Shown: positions 27,597-42,381, counted from the first letter of the stretch. The stretch: 64,000 nt of DNA from Octopus vulgaris (GCA_951406725.2 OX597833.1:2356001-2420000), one strand, 5' to 3'. Notes: generated by a model from the sequence alone, not told the origin. A program made the numbers and translations.

Positions 27597-27984
27597 GTGA
27601 GGTTGTGTGCTGTCTGTCTCCTACGATTTAGATTCCTAACTACTCCCACATTTTGCGGTGCAGTTTAACCAAATTCGGGTATCTTATAGTCGTGATTCAT
27701 ATTGAGCCCTTCTGGGTATTAGCGCGCGTCTACGATGAGTCTACGATTTAAAAAAAATTTACCATCATTTTTTTCCATTTTTAATGCATTTTTTTTGCTA
27801 TTATATAAGGGAAGTAACTCTCTAAAATGTCTACGATGAGTCAACGATTTAAAACAAAAAATTACCATCATATTTTTCCATTTTTAATGCATTTTTTGCT
27901 ATTATATAAGGGAAGTAACTCTCTAAAATTGCTTATATAGTTATTTCCCTTACAAACCCGAGCAACGCCGGGCGATACTGCTAG
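27585..27984 (+). mobile_element. non-autonomous Helitron
   Basis: Ends cccgagcaacgccggg (hairpin) cgatactgCTAG|t; has an internal tandem duplication; homologous to 7486-7884. Confidence 0.8.
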
Positions 27985-28419
27985 TATATATATATAATTC
28001 GTGTAAATGACATATACATATATATGTATGTCTAGCGGGGTGTGGGTATGGGTGTGTCGGTATGGGTGGGTGGGTGGTTAATGAGACTGATGCTGGAAAA
28101 TAAAAGAATTTTATTAATTACCATAATTGTTTCGACCAATCTAACACCCATCCCTCACGAGTGGGACACTTAACAACTGGTGTTATTATCTAAGGTATAT
28201 ATATGTATATATATATATATATATGTAATACGTACGTACTGTATTATTATTCAAATTATGTTTATTTTATATGTTACATATATTGGGCATATACTGTGTA
28301 TATATTGTACATAAATATGAATATATGTATGAATATATGTAATATATAAAGAATACATACAGATAAATAAAGTGACATAGTTATGTGTGTGCGTAGATCG
28401 ATATATAAATAGATAGGTT

Positions 28420-29042
<623 letters not shown>

Positions 29043-29488
29043 GGCAGGCGAACATACAGAATTTTAGTGTGACAAGCACTGAAACAGATGGATAGAGAGT
29101 TACGTATTTCGTTCGAGACTAATGATTTACTCCTTTACTAATCAAAGTTCTCTACTTTTGAGAATTCGTTCAGGCGACAAAGTGCGAAGGCAAAAAAGCG
29201 TGAAACTAAAAGTGGTTATAGACTGAATGAACAGCATGGAAGCGGCACTTCTGCAGGAAAAATTCAGATGCATTAAATGCGTTTCCAGATGGTTTAGCAA
29301 TATCCTGATGTTAAGAGAAGCTATTTACATCGAGTAATTTACACAGACGTCGTTACTGTCTCTCTCTTTTTTGTCTCTCTTTCTCTCTTATACACACACA
29401 CATATACACAGGCACAAATACGCACAAACAAATTCACAAACAAGCTTATACAGTTTGTATCACTATGAATGTGTGTGGCGCATGTTAA

Positions 29489-29522
<34 letters not shown>

Positions 29523-29633
29523 ATGTTATTGTATTATATTATGTTATATTTCATTATATCATATTGTGTATTATATTTTTATTATATTATGCTATTGTAT
29601 ATTCTATTATATATATGCTTGCATATAAATGTA

Positions 29634-29700
<67 letters not shown>

Positions 29701-29914
29701 ATGTATATATATATATATACATATATATGTGCGTCACGTATATACATATATATGCGTGTGTGTATTCATGTGCTTGTGTATAGTGTATATACACATGATG
29801 TTGATAACAAGCAACTGCAAATGGACTGAATGTAAAGTGGAGCACATGAAAATACTTACTGGGCTGAGAGGTTCTCAATTGAAGTCATCCAACACCTCTT
29901 ATTACTTCGTCTTT

Positions 29915-30330
29915 TACACTTACATCGATGGCGGAATCTATAGAGATGATGGCATTTTAACAGTGATACACGTCCACGTATAATTCATGGAACGTTTATA
30001 TAACGGCCTGCTTACTTTGTTGGCTTAACAATATCTATAGAACAGAATGAAATATTAGCCAACTTCGTCAGTGTGACCTTACACCTCCTTGTGTCCCTCC
30101 CCCCGTCTAAGCCCGACTGTAACTAATAATCACATTCAATATATATATTTCAGATTTTCTGAATTACCTCCTTCAGTAAATCTTTCGAGACTAGTCTGAG
30201 TACTATAACCAGGCACTATATAAGAATAGTTATGAAGAAAATTTATACATTGTGTGATTTATGAGATAGATAATAGCCATACGCGCGCATATAATATTTC
30301 TTGGTTTAACCCCGCCTCGTTCATTGTCGT
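29915..30330 (+). pseudogene. highly degraded Penelope-like element reverse transcriptase
   Basis: GGIYRDDGI (compare GLYRDDGL), GLTISIEQNEILANFVSVTL (compare GLKITIE...VNFLDVTL) and NISWFNP (compare NIIWFNPP) appear in the expected order. Confidence 0.7.
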
Positions 30331-30923
30331 AGAAGCAGTAATCCTGTTTAACGTATCCCTAGGATCACTAAAAAGAACAACAAATATTTTAATGTCTGAA
30401 TAACATGAATCTGTCAATATGTATGTCATCAGACATATTTATAAATATTCGTGTATTATTATCTTGGATATGATGAATGTAGAAATCTTCGTATTTGTGT
30501 ATGTTTAGAGGAGGGATACGAATAGCTTAACCATAGGTTTCGAAGTGATTGCGAGTGTTTATGCGTAGTGGAGTGAAATTCTGAGCACATGATATATGGA
30601 GGACACGAACACAATATATTTGTTCATATGAATGTTCGTACATAGTGTGTGTGGATATGTATCAGTCTATGTATATATATGTATATGTGTACATATATGT
30701 ATGAATATATTTTGATGTCTATATATACACACACAAATATATGTGTGTATATATATATGTATACATATATATATATGCATATATGTATATTCATATATAT
30801 AAATGCTTATATATTTGTATACACACGCACACACACACATATATATATATATGTGTGTGTGTGTGTGTATACATATAGATATATAGATAGATAGACAGAC
30901 AGACAGACAGATAGACATAGCTT

Positions 30924-31017
<94 letters not shown>

Positions 31018-32199
31018 CCTAACTTTTCTATTGTTCCATATACTGGTGATCATCCGTAGTGCTTTATATTGACATAATTCTTCTTCCAGTTACCATCATT
31101 TCTTTTCGTTTTTATCTTGTTTTATATCAGTTCACATTGTGATTTTGTAATTTGGTCGCCATTTTTCATTTCTCTATTTTAAAACTATTTTCACTTATAA
31201 ATATTACGTATAATATTTTTTTTTATCTAATCAGAATTATCAGCAGAGAAAATATTAAATAGGCAAAAATTAATCTGATGATATTCTGTTAAATTTTATA
31301 TTTCTTTCAAAATGTCGCGTTTATTCATATTCACTTCCCCTCACTTTTTGTATATGAATATGTGTGTGTGTGTGTGTAAGTGTGTGTGTGTGTGTGTGTG
31401 TGTGCGTTCGTGTGTGTATGTGTGTGTGTGTGTGTGTGTGTGCGTGCGTGTGTGTGTAGGAATTCTAAAACAGGATATATTGGTATAACATTCATTCCTT
31501 TATTACGATCGTTTCAATATTGTACGGTTCACACATATCATGAATATAAATACTGACTATTTCTGATTCTTATTTTATTGACCCTGAGAGGATTAAAGGC
31601 AACGTCGACCACAGTTGAATTTGAACTCAGATCGTAAAGATGGAAGAAATGTTGTTTAGAATTTTGCCCGGCGCCCAAGAAATTTTGGCAGCTCTCAATA
31701 TTACCGATTATGTAATATTAGAACATTCTATGTGTAATCCATGTCCATCTCGTAAGACAAAAATCACATGTGTGTATGTGTATGAGTTTGTGTATGTAAG
31801 TGTGTGTATGTGTGTTAGTGCGTGCGTGTATGTGTTTGTGTTTGAGTCTATGTATTCGAGTGTATGTATTTGTGTATATGTGTTTTTTTGTGTATGTGTG
31901 TGTTCGCGTGTGTGTTTATCATGTCTTTAATTTATACATTTTTATGCATCTGTCAAACAGGAAATATTTTATGCGGCCGGATGCTCTTCCGTTTGCCAAC
32001 TATCACCTGTGTTTCAGATATCAGATGTTTCAATCTTAGTCTGGGTATGTCTTGGAGGGAGATTCCAAAGACCGTCGTAGGACTATAACGTACATTTAGA
32101 ATTAACACTCGATGCGGAGGGGCAAAAAACACACACACACATACATACATACACACACTCACATATTAAATACACTAATCGACTTATACTTATTCGTCC

Positions 32200-32223
32200 A
32201 AATTATTATTATTATTATTATTA

Positions 32224-32272
<49 letters not shown>

Positions 32273-32338
32273 CATCATCATTATTATTATTATTATTATC
32301 ATTATTATTATTATTATTATTATTATCATTATTATTAT

Positions 32339-32369
<31 letters not shown>

Positions 32370-32403
32370 TTTATTATTATCATCATCATTATTATTATTA
32401 TTA

Positions 32404-32450
<47 letters not shown>

Positions 32451-32457
32451 TTTATTA

Positions 32458-32512
<55 letters not shown>

Positions 32513-33098
32513 ATACTGAAAATTATGTATATGTATTCTTCGTCATCTTCTTCGCCTTCTTCTTTTCTTCTTCTCTTCCTCCTCCTTATTCTTCTCTTTC
32601 TTGCCTTTCTTCCTCTTCTTCTCCTTCTTCCTCTCCTTCATCTTCTTCTTTTTATTATTCTCATTATCATCATCATCATCATCATCATTACTATAATAAT
32701 TGTTTCGCTTGCTGTTACCATCATGTTCCTCTTAGTTAGCATTGCGCAATGAGATGGCGATTATTGATGTTTAATTAATTAACAGAAAAATCTTTTAATT
32801 CTGCTTTGAAGCACGAGTAAAATGGGAAGCCATTTTAGAGGGGGGGAAAAGGAAAACCAAAAAAGCAACTCCATCATCGTCATCGTCATCATCATCATCA
32901 TGATCATCATCATCATCGTCACCATCATCATCGTCATCGTCATCATCATCATCATCATCGTCATCATCATCATCGTCACCATAATCATCGTCATCGTCAT
33001 CATCATCATCATCACATCATCATCATCATCGTCCTCATCATCATCATCATCATCATCGTCACCATCATTATTATCATCGACGTTGTCGTCGTCGTTGA

Positions 33099-33154
<56 letters not shown>

Positions 33155-33330
33155 CCATCATCATCATCATCGTCACCATCATCATCATCACCATCATCAT
33201 CACCATCATCATCATCGTCATCACCTTCATCGTCATCATCGTCATCATCATCATCATCATCAACACCATCATTATTATCATCGACGTCGTCGTCGTCGTC
33301 GTTGCCATCATCATCATCATCATCATCATT
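32200..33330. repeat. (ATT)n, (CTT)n and (CAT/CGT)n arrays
   Basis: Directly visible. Confidence 0.95.
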
Positions 33331-33529
33331 GTCTTTGTTATCAGTATCCTCTCTTCGCGTCTGTACTCAACGCGTTACTACGGGCAAATGACGCAACCTA
33401 CAGACACGAAAATATTTGCGCATGCTCGGGAAGAACGCGGCCACCGAATACCTATGCGGCTTTTACTCACGCATTATTATTTTGTGCCAAAAATGAAAAT
33501 CAAGATCGGATATTTTTTTACTACTTCTC

Positions 33530-34770
33530 GTACATACAGGAACAGGAAATAACCAAATGCCTAATGCACAAGAGGGAGAGAGAAAGAGGGAGAGAGACAC
33601 GGGAGAAGCAGCAAAACGTGATAACTGGTGCAGACTTTGTGGAGTTAGCATCGAAGATATCACCCACGTCATCAGCAGTTGTCCGAATATGTCATCATGG
33701 TATTATCTACTGGTGATGAGATTCGTCGGAAATATAATACCCGAGGTCAAAGAAATAAGAGCCCACAGTATGGTAGAAGCCATAGCCGCACATGGTAAAA
33801 ATGAGTACTGGTGGAATATCCCAGTGAAGACCTCTATAAAATGTTAGCACAATCGACCCGATATAATGATTTGGGATAGAGAAGAGAAACCGTAAACAGC
33901 TGTGGAAATTAGCTGCCCAGTGGATGTTAACATAAAGTGGAGGCGCAATGGCCCAGTGGTTAGGGCAGCGGACTCGCGGTCGTAGGATCGCGGTTTCGAT
34001 TCCCAGACCGGGCGTTGTGAGTGTTTATTGAGCGAAAACACCTAAAGCTCCACACGGCTCCGGCAGTAGGAGTGGTGGTGATCCCTGCTGTACTCTTTCA
34101 CCACAACTTTCTCTCACTCTTACTTCCTGTTTCTGTTGTACCTGTATTTCAAAGTGGCCGGCCTTGTCACTCTCTGTGTCACGCTGAATATCCCCGAGAA
34201 CTACGTTAAGGGTACACGTGTCGGTGGAGTGCTCTTCCACTTACACGTTAATTTCACGAGCAGGCTGTTCCGTTGATCGGATCAACCGGAACCCTCATCG
34301 TAGTAACCGACGGAGTACTTCCAGTTAACATAAAGCTGAGGATCAGTGAAAAAGAGAACACCTATGCTGAACTATTGAGAAATTTACAATTACTCTATCC
34401 AGAATACAAGTTCAGGTTTATACCTTTAATTATTGGAGCACTGGGATATGTAACACACTGCTAAAATATCAATCTTGAGAAATTAAGCTTCACAAAACCA
34501 GACAGGAAAAAGCTGATTCGAAGACTACAGATCTAAGCCATTACTGGAACTGTAAAAATCTGTAAAACTTTCCAGAAGTTTATCATTTAAGTATATATGA
34601 GTCTGTCTAGAAATGTAATTATATGCATTAGAAGACCTACATAAAGCAAAACATGCAAATCTTTACGTATACATACATACAAAAATGCACTGTTGATGCT
34701 GTTGAAATTCCAATGAAGGAGCTTTGGATCTAGGTTAGAAACCGGCTCTTTCTATATTGGTAAGAAATAA
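33530..34770 (+). mobile_element. R4/Dong-like RLE LINE 3' fragment, family B, degraded and SINE-interrupted
   Basis: IQEQEI; CCHC knuckle CRLCGVSIEDITHVISSC; YWWNIPV; NRPDIMIWD; VEISCP; FIPLIIGALG. Confidence 0.88.
33938..34323 (+). mobile_element. SINE family C, full length, with 12-bp TSD GTTAACATAAAG
   Basis: TSD at 33926-33937 and 34324-34335; empty-site paralog near 51620. Confidence 0.93.
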
Positions 34771-34775
34771 CATAA

Positions 34776-35358
34776 AGGAGTGGATGTGTGGTAAGTAGCT
34801 TGCTAACCAACCACATGGTTCCGGGTTCAGTCCCACTGCGTGGCATCTTGGGCAAGTGTCTTCTGCTATAGCCCCGGGCCGACCTAAGCCTTGTGAGTGG
34901 ATTTGGTAGACGGAAACTGAAAGAAGCCTGTCGTATATATGTATATATATATATATTTATAGGCGCAGAGGTGGCTGTGTGGTAAGTAGCTTGCTTACCA
35001 ACCACATGGTTCCGGGTTCAGTCCCACTGCGTGGCATCTTGGGCAAGTGTCTTCTGCTATAGCCCCGGGCCGACCAAAGCCTTGTGAGTGGATTTGGTAG
35101 ACGGAAACTGAAAGAAGCCTGTCGTATATATGTATATATATGTATGCGTGTTTGTGTGTGTGTGTCTGTGTTTGTCCCCCTAGCATTGCTTGACAACCGA
35201 TGCTGGTGTGTTTACGTCCCCGTCACTTAGCGGTTCGGCAAAAAGAGACCGATAGAATAAGTACTGGGCTTACAAAGAATAAGTCCCGGGGTCGATTTAA
35301 TCGACTAAAGGTGGTGCTACAGCATGGCCGCAGTCAAATGACTGAAACAAGTAAAAGA
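34776..35358 (+). mobile_element. SINE family A: partial head (34776-34935) followed by a full copy (34960-35358)
   Basis: Head duplicated in tandem. Confidence 0.92.
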
Positions 35359-35520
35359 AAAAAATATGTATATACACCTAAAATAAGTCTCCGGTCCCTA
35401 GCCGTCATCTGACTGTCTGATGATGGCTCGTTGGTTGAAACCTGGAAGTCGCTTTCAACCTCTATTTTGTAATAATTACCAAATATATATTCTGCTTCAA
35501 CTTATTGAACAATCCTTCAA

Positions 35521-35932
35521 TTTACTCCTTTACTCCTTTATTTGTTTCAGTCATTGGACTGTGGCCATGCTGGAGCACCGCCTTTAGTCGAGCAAATCAA
35601 CCCCAGGACTTATTCTTTGTAAGCCTAGTATTTATTCTATCGGTGTCTTTTGCCGAACCGCTAATGTTACGCTGACGTAAACACACCAGCATCGGTTGTC
35701 AAGCGATGTTGGGGTGGCCAACACAGACACACAAACAAATACACACACACATATATATACATATATACGATGGGTTTCTTTCAGCTTCCGTCTATCAAAT
35801 CCATTCACAAAGCTTTGGTCGACCCGAGGCTATAGTAGAAGACACTTGCCCAAGGTGCCACGCAGTAGGACTGAACCCGGAATCATGTGGTTGGTAAACA
35901 AATAACTTACCACACAGCCACTCCTACGCCTA
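35521..35932 (-). mobile_element. SINE family A
   Basis: Full reverse-complement consensus. Confidence 0.92.
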
Positions 35933-36534
35933 CTGATAAATTATTTTATATAACTTCAGAAACAAAAAGAAAATCAAATATTAATTCTTATATAAATGGT
36001 TAACATCATTCGTTGTTAGCTTTTGAACTCTCAAACCTGGGGTGCATTTTCTACCCAAAGATCACTTTTCAAAACACTGCCTAACGTCTATCTCCGATCG
36101 GATGCTTGTGTCACTCAGTAGAAATCAATACAATGGCGAAATCGATAAAAGTGAACCGTTTGATTTCGCAATAGATTTGATGATTGCCATCGGGAGTTCA
36201 ACGTAATCCTGCACTTAGAAAATGTTCTTTGAGAAGAAAAATAAATATTTTGATCAATCGATTCAAAGACTTTGCCGGCGGATTGTAGCGGAAAATAATC
36301 CCCTTGCGTTGTCGCTTTTACTCTACAGGGACCCATGCCAAATCATCTTCTTTTAGACTTTGTTCTCTATTTTATGATAAATTCTAAACTACATTCTTTG
36401 TTATCAGGGTCTTTCACCTATGATATTCAGGACGAACCACTGTGTTAGATGTGCAGTGCTGAATGAGGTGTCTATGTTTGCTCGCGACTACACTGTCGCC
36501 TAGGAGAATTAAGGACAGCTTGGTACATGTTACC

Positions 36535-36824
36535 TATTTCTTTACTACCCACAAGGGGTTAAACACAGAGGGGACGAACAAGGACAGACACAAGGATCTA
36601 GCGCAAACCAACGTAGGCTCATCTGAGTGAGAGCCATAGAAGCAGGATACTGACAGTGCTCTCTCTTTCACTCTCTCTCTCTCTTTCTCTCGCTTTCTCT
36701 CTTTCTTTCTTTCTTTCTTTCTCTTCCACCTCTGATATTCAGGACGAACCACTGTGTTAGATGTGCAACCCTCAATGAGGTGCTACGCATTTCGCCCGGC
36801 GTGCTAACGATTCTGCCAGCTCGC
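36535..36824 (-). mobile_element. SINE family B with its centre replaced; TSD (gc)ttggtacatgttacc
   Basis: Tail at 36535-36597, head at 36782-36824; TSD copies at 36518-36534 and 36823-36839. Confidence 0.8.
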
Positions 36825-36941
36825 TTGGTACATGTTACCATACCGCACGTATTATGGCTGGTTTTTTTGTAAGATCGCAATCACGCAAAATGGAAAGAAT
36901 TGGGGAAGAAACCATACATTCGAAAACGGAAACACATACAA

Positions 36942-37525
36942 TCTTTACTCTTTTACACTTTTACTTGTTTCAGTCATTTGACTGTGGTCATGCTGGAGCA
37001 CCGCCTTTAGTCGAGCAAATCGATCCCAGGACTCATTCTTTGTAAGTCTAGTACTTATTCTATCGGTCTCTTTTGCAGAACGGCTAAGTTACGGGCACTT
37101 AAACACACCAGCATCGGTTGTCGAGCGATTTTGCGCGGGACAAACACAGACACACAAACATATACATACACATATTTCGTCTGCCGCTACGTTCTGAGTT
37201 CAAATTCCGCCGAGGTTGACTTTGCCTTTCATCCTTTCGTGGTCGATTTAATAAGTACCAGTTACGCATTGAGGTCGATGTAATCGACTTAATCCTTTTG
37301 TTTGTCATTGTTTGTCCCATCTATATTTAGCCCCTTGTGGGCAGTAAAGAAATATGCATATACATATATACGACGGGCTTCTTTCAGTTTCCGTCTACCA
37401 AATCCACTCACAAGGCTTTGGTCGGCCCGAGGCTATAGTAGAAGACACTTGCCCAAGATGCCACACAGTGGGACTGAACCTGGGACCATGTGGTTGGAAA
37501 GCAAGCTACTTACCACACAGCCACT
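36942..37525 (-). mobile_element. SINE family A with a family B SINE (+, 37172-37352) nested in its internal microsatellite
   Basis: Family A 3' half at 36942-37170 and 5' half at 37365-37525. Confidence 0.88.
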
Positions 37526-38013
37526 GCTGTTCCTACATTATATTTTTTATATGAAAGGACTCGGGGAATTATAGAAATTTCTGAAGGGATATTTTCTACA
37601 GGCGTCACCTCGCGAATACTGTCTTTGCAATGGAGTGGATCCGAGGGGAAAATACCCCTGTTACCGAAATGGCCCTATTTCGTCCCAGGGTCCAACATCT
37701 TTTGTCATTTCTCCTTTTCTGCAATTTCCACGCATAAAACTACCATTAACCAAATGCACAATCACCAGATCCTTTAGTGATAATTACACACACATTAATA
37801 TACTCTGCATACATGCATACATACACATGCTTACATACATATCTACATATATTGTACACACACACGTATGTACATATATATCGTCTATGTTTGAGTGCTT
37901 GCAATTATGAATGTGTGTGAATTTGGTAATCTTTTTGGGATATGTGTCGTTGTGCCTTATGTTGCACAATTTTATGAATTCGCCAAGCTATATCTATCTA
38001 TCTCTCTCTGTAT

Positions 38014-38057
<44 letters not shown>

Positions 38058-38080
38058 ATATATATATATATCTCTATCTC

Positions 38081-38177
<97 letters not shown>

Positions 38178-38523
38178 CTGTCTGTCTATTTATCTATCTA
38201 TTTATCTATTTATCTGTATATATATACTTGCATACATACATACATAGATATATAGATATGTATGTATACATATATATGTCGCTATATATACATAATTATA
38301 ATCATATATATGTGTGTGTGTATATATATGTATGTATATTAACATACGTGTACGTATATGTGTGTGTGAGAGTGTGTGCATGTGTATACGACTGAGTGAA
38401 GGTGTGTATATATTTAAGAACACGCAAACAGTTTGCGATTTCGCCTCGTTGTCGTATTAATTGCGGAGACAACATCATTCTGTTAAGATTTTCATCATGA
38501 AAGATAAGTGCAAATGCATCTAC

Positions 38524-38582
<59 letters not shown>

Positions 38583-38633
38583 CATACATATATATATATA
38601 TATATGTATATGTATGCATATATATGTGTGTGT

Positions 38634-38684
<51 letters not shown>

Positions 38685-38764
38685 TACATATACATATATA
38701 TACACATATATATACATACATATATATATATATGTATGTATATATATATATGTGTGTATATATA

Positions 38765-38821
<57 letters not shown>

Positions 38822-39480
38822 ACATTCATATACATATCATCCTGTGACGTTAACAAGTAGAAAGTTACATTTCTGAAAACATTACAAAAACCGCTTAAAA
38901 AAGTATTTAACAAATTTTTCATCGCTGCATGATATCTCCCCAAATCTGTCGATGAGGCATCGAGCGTTTCGCTTCTCTCAAATCGATTCTTTGCGATTGA
39001 ACTGATTACAGATTTCAACCATTAAACATTTTTAGCATTCCATTGCTGCTGGTAACAGAAAAGTTTATAAAAAAAAAAACGAAATTAAGAATTAAAAATG
39101 AAATAAATAATTAAGATGACGTCAGAAAAAATTGTTCTGTTTTCATCAAAATAAAATAAGTTACGTAATTTAGATTCGTTTTTATAGATTTAGTTTTCAG
39201 TTCAAATTCCTAAAGGCATATTCGATTTTGCCTTTCATCATTTTCCAAGATCAATAATTGATTTCATCTTTTTTACCAATTTTTAGAATGACGATGAGGA
39301 ATCAGATTGTTAGAGAAACCGAGAATATGTCTTACGGCAGTTAGTGGCGCTCGTCATCAAATGTCATTCCATTGAGTTGGGTTTGGGATTTTTTTTTTTT
39401 TTCGTTTGGCTTTCGTTCTTCGAACACCTATAAAGTATGAAATACGTAATTACTGGTATCAACCGTTATGTGGAAAATGG

Positions 39481-39775
39481 TAGGCACAGATATGGGCCAT
39501 GTGTTTAAAGCACTATCTTTACAACCACATGGATTCTGGTTCAATTCTACTCTGAGGTACCTTGGCCATGTGTCTGCTACCTCGGGCTATGTCATGTGAG
39601 TGAATTTGGTAGACGGAAACTGTGTTGAAGCCTATCATCTGTGCGTGTATTTTTTTGTTTGTAATTGTCCTCCACTCTCCGCTTAACAACCTGTGTTAGT
39701 TTGTTCGCGTCCCCATGACTAAGAGGTTTGGCACAAGAGATCGATATGTTGATAGAATAATGACCAGGCTTTAAG
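39481..39775 (+). mobile_element. old diverged SINE family A
   Basis: Retains atttggtagacggaaactg and colinear similarity. Confidence 0.75.
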
Positions 39776-40049
39776 AAAAAAAAATTGTGCATGACGCCAT
39801 GCAGAGGGATTGAACTTGTAGTCTTATAGTTTGTAACATTGTGGTCGAGAGATGGAATGGTGGTGGTGGTGGTGGTGGCGGTGGTGGTGGTATTAGTCAG
39901 GTGTATCTGTGACGGGGCGCCGGGGGGGGGAATGAAACTGACAAGGAATAACAAAAACAAAGCAACAAGAACAAAGAACGAGTCGAAGAGCGAAAGAAAA
40001 CCGAGCTGCTAAAAACAGCAGCCAAATCTGCCTCTTTCTTTCTCTCTCC

Positions 40050-40090
<41 letters not shown>

Positions 40091-40350
40091 GCTCTCCACT
40101 ATCACACCCTGCTGTTTGAAAATATTTTCATAACATAATGCAGTCCTACAGTTTGTACTCAATGCTAGAAAATGAAAAGGCGAGGTTGTCAAGACTGGAA
40201 CGCTTTTTCTCATAGTCTCCCTCGACAAAGACTAATCTAGAAACAATAAAAATACAAGCAGCAACAACAACAACCACTAACACCACCTACAGTCCCCACC
40301 ACTACCACCACCACCACCACCACCACCACCTCCACTACTACTACTACTAC

Positions 40351-40402
<52 letters not shown>

Positions 40403-40711
40403 GTTATTAGTATAGCCACAACAGTAACAACAACGTCAACAATAGGAACCAGACTTAACCAATCTGTAGAAACGAGGCAATGAAGCAAAGAATTCGTTAA
40501 ACCATTTCTGGCTATTAAAAGGCACCATGAATTTCTTCTACAAGATATATTAATATACTAAGCATGTCTCCCTCTCCCTCTCCCTCTGTCTGTTTCTCTT
40601 TGTCTTTCTGTCTTTCTCTCTCTATCTCTCTCTTTCTCTGTATCTCTCTCTATTTGTCTCCTAATTTACTTTTTCCATCTCGTTCTCTTAATTTCTCTAT
40701 TTCTCATGTAG

Positions 40712-40815
40712 CGGACATCTTAATTACAGACATCTTCCTGATTGTTTTTGGTATTCTTAGTAAGCTTCCTTCTAAATTCGCAGCGATAAGCTACGGCAAA
40801 ATGGCTGGACAGACG
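40712..40815 (+). other. candidate exon with possible start codon (caaaATGG, MAGQT) upstream of the sGC exons
   Basis: Pyrimidine tract plus tag acceptor, and ACG|gtaaga donor. It does not splice in frame to 44694 as assembled. Confidence 0.3.
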
Positions 40816-41294
40816 GTAAGAATAAGCACAGACCCTTTATGAAGCAAACAGAATAAAAAAAACAAACAAAAAAAAGAAGAAAAACGACAGAAAAGTTAAA
40901 ATTATATCACACGGTATTACTGCTAATGAAGTGATTTGTACAATAGCAATATCTATTTAGTTTCGTATTTATAGCTTTCATAGATAGTAAAATCACCCAA
41001 AATTTCGTTTGATGTGATGGATGTTTATTACATAAAGATATTTAAGACTATTCCAGTGGCTGTGCAGGAAAAGAGGAGGAGATGGAGGCAGAAGAGCAAC
41101 GCAGTAAAGTTGTGTCTTTGCCATGCTTTTTATTAAGGCGGCGAGCTGGCAGAATCGTTGACACATCAGGCGAAATGCCTGGCGGCCAACTTGTACGATC
41201 GTTTTTATCCGAGGTCTTTAAAATACGCACCAATCAAACTCTAGAGTCCCTGAAATTGCTGGCCTTGTGCCAAAATTTCAAGCCGTTAATTGTT

Positions 41295-41596
41295 ATTCTT
41301 CTTCTTCTTCTTCTTCTTCTTCTTCTTCTTCTTCTTCTTCTTCTTCTTCTTCTTCTTCTTTTTTCTTTTTCTTCTTCTTCTTGGTCTTCTTCTTCTACTT
41401 CTTTTCTTTTCTTTTTTCTTCTTCTTTTCCTTCTTCTTTTTCTTCTTCTTTTTCTTTTTTCTTTTTTTCTTCTTCTTCTTTTTCTCCTTCTTCTTTTTCT
41501 TCTTCTTTTTCTTCTTCTTCTTTTTTTCTTCTTCTTCTTTTTCTTCTTCTTCTTCTTCTTCTGATGATGATGATGATGATGATGATGATTATTATG

Positions 41597-41664
<68 letters not shown>

Positions 41665-41673
41665 CATTATCAT
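41295..41673. repeat. (CTT)n-(GAT)n-(TTA)n compound array
   Basis: Directly visible. Confidence 0.97.
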
Positions 41674-41808
41674 TGAGTGAGAGAGCAGTGTATGCCATCA
41701 AAGTGACACTGGAGTACAAATATACGAAGCCCAGCATACCCATCATGACTACCCGTCTGATAAGGGTACACCGGACACTTGCATCGCACAAAGATATGTG
41801 CGCGACAT
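41674..41808 (-). mobile_element. 3'-end fragment of the (TAA)n-embedded element
   Basis: Reverse complement of 4445-4576; the 3' end abuts (TAA)n. Confidence 0.85.
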
Positions 41809-41822
41809 ATGTATACACACAT

Positions 41823-41867
<45 letters not shown>

Positions 41868-42349
41868 TATGTGCACGCGAACGTTCGTCAATCGGAGAGA
41901 TGTGGGTCATCTGCTCATCCTGGAATTGAAACTGTGGTTGGGCTTTGTGGCTGTGTTGACGACGAAGTAGGCCAAGTCGTGGCCGGAAGGTTCTCTTGCA
42001 GTGTGAGTAGGTATGGTGTCAATTTCCTTGACCTGCTTGCGTTGATCAGCTGCTGCAAATACAGAAGCACACACACAGAGAAACAGACACATACACACAC
42101 ACAGAAATAGACACACATGCATACACACACATATGTATATATATACATATGTATGTATCCATCCATGTCTGTTTGTATGCATGTATGTATATGTATATGC
42201 ATGTATGTATATAAATATTTGTCTATGTATGTATGTATGTATGTATGTATGTATGTATGTATGTATGTAGGTAGGTAGGTAGGTAGGTAGGTAGGTATGC
42301 ATGTATGGATGGATGGATGTCTGTATGTGTGTATCTATGTATGTGTATG

Positions 42350-42381
<32 letters not shown>

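Noticed and set aside
33938-34015. tRNA gene
   Set aside because: The tRNA-like head continues into a SINE body bounded by TSDs, and I see no complete cloverleaf.
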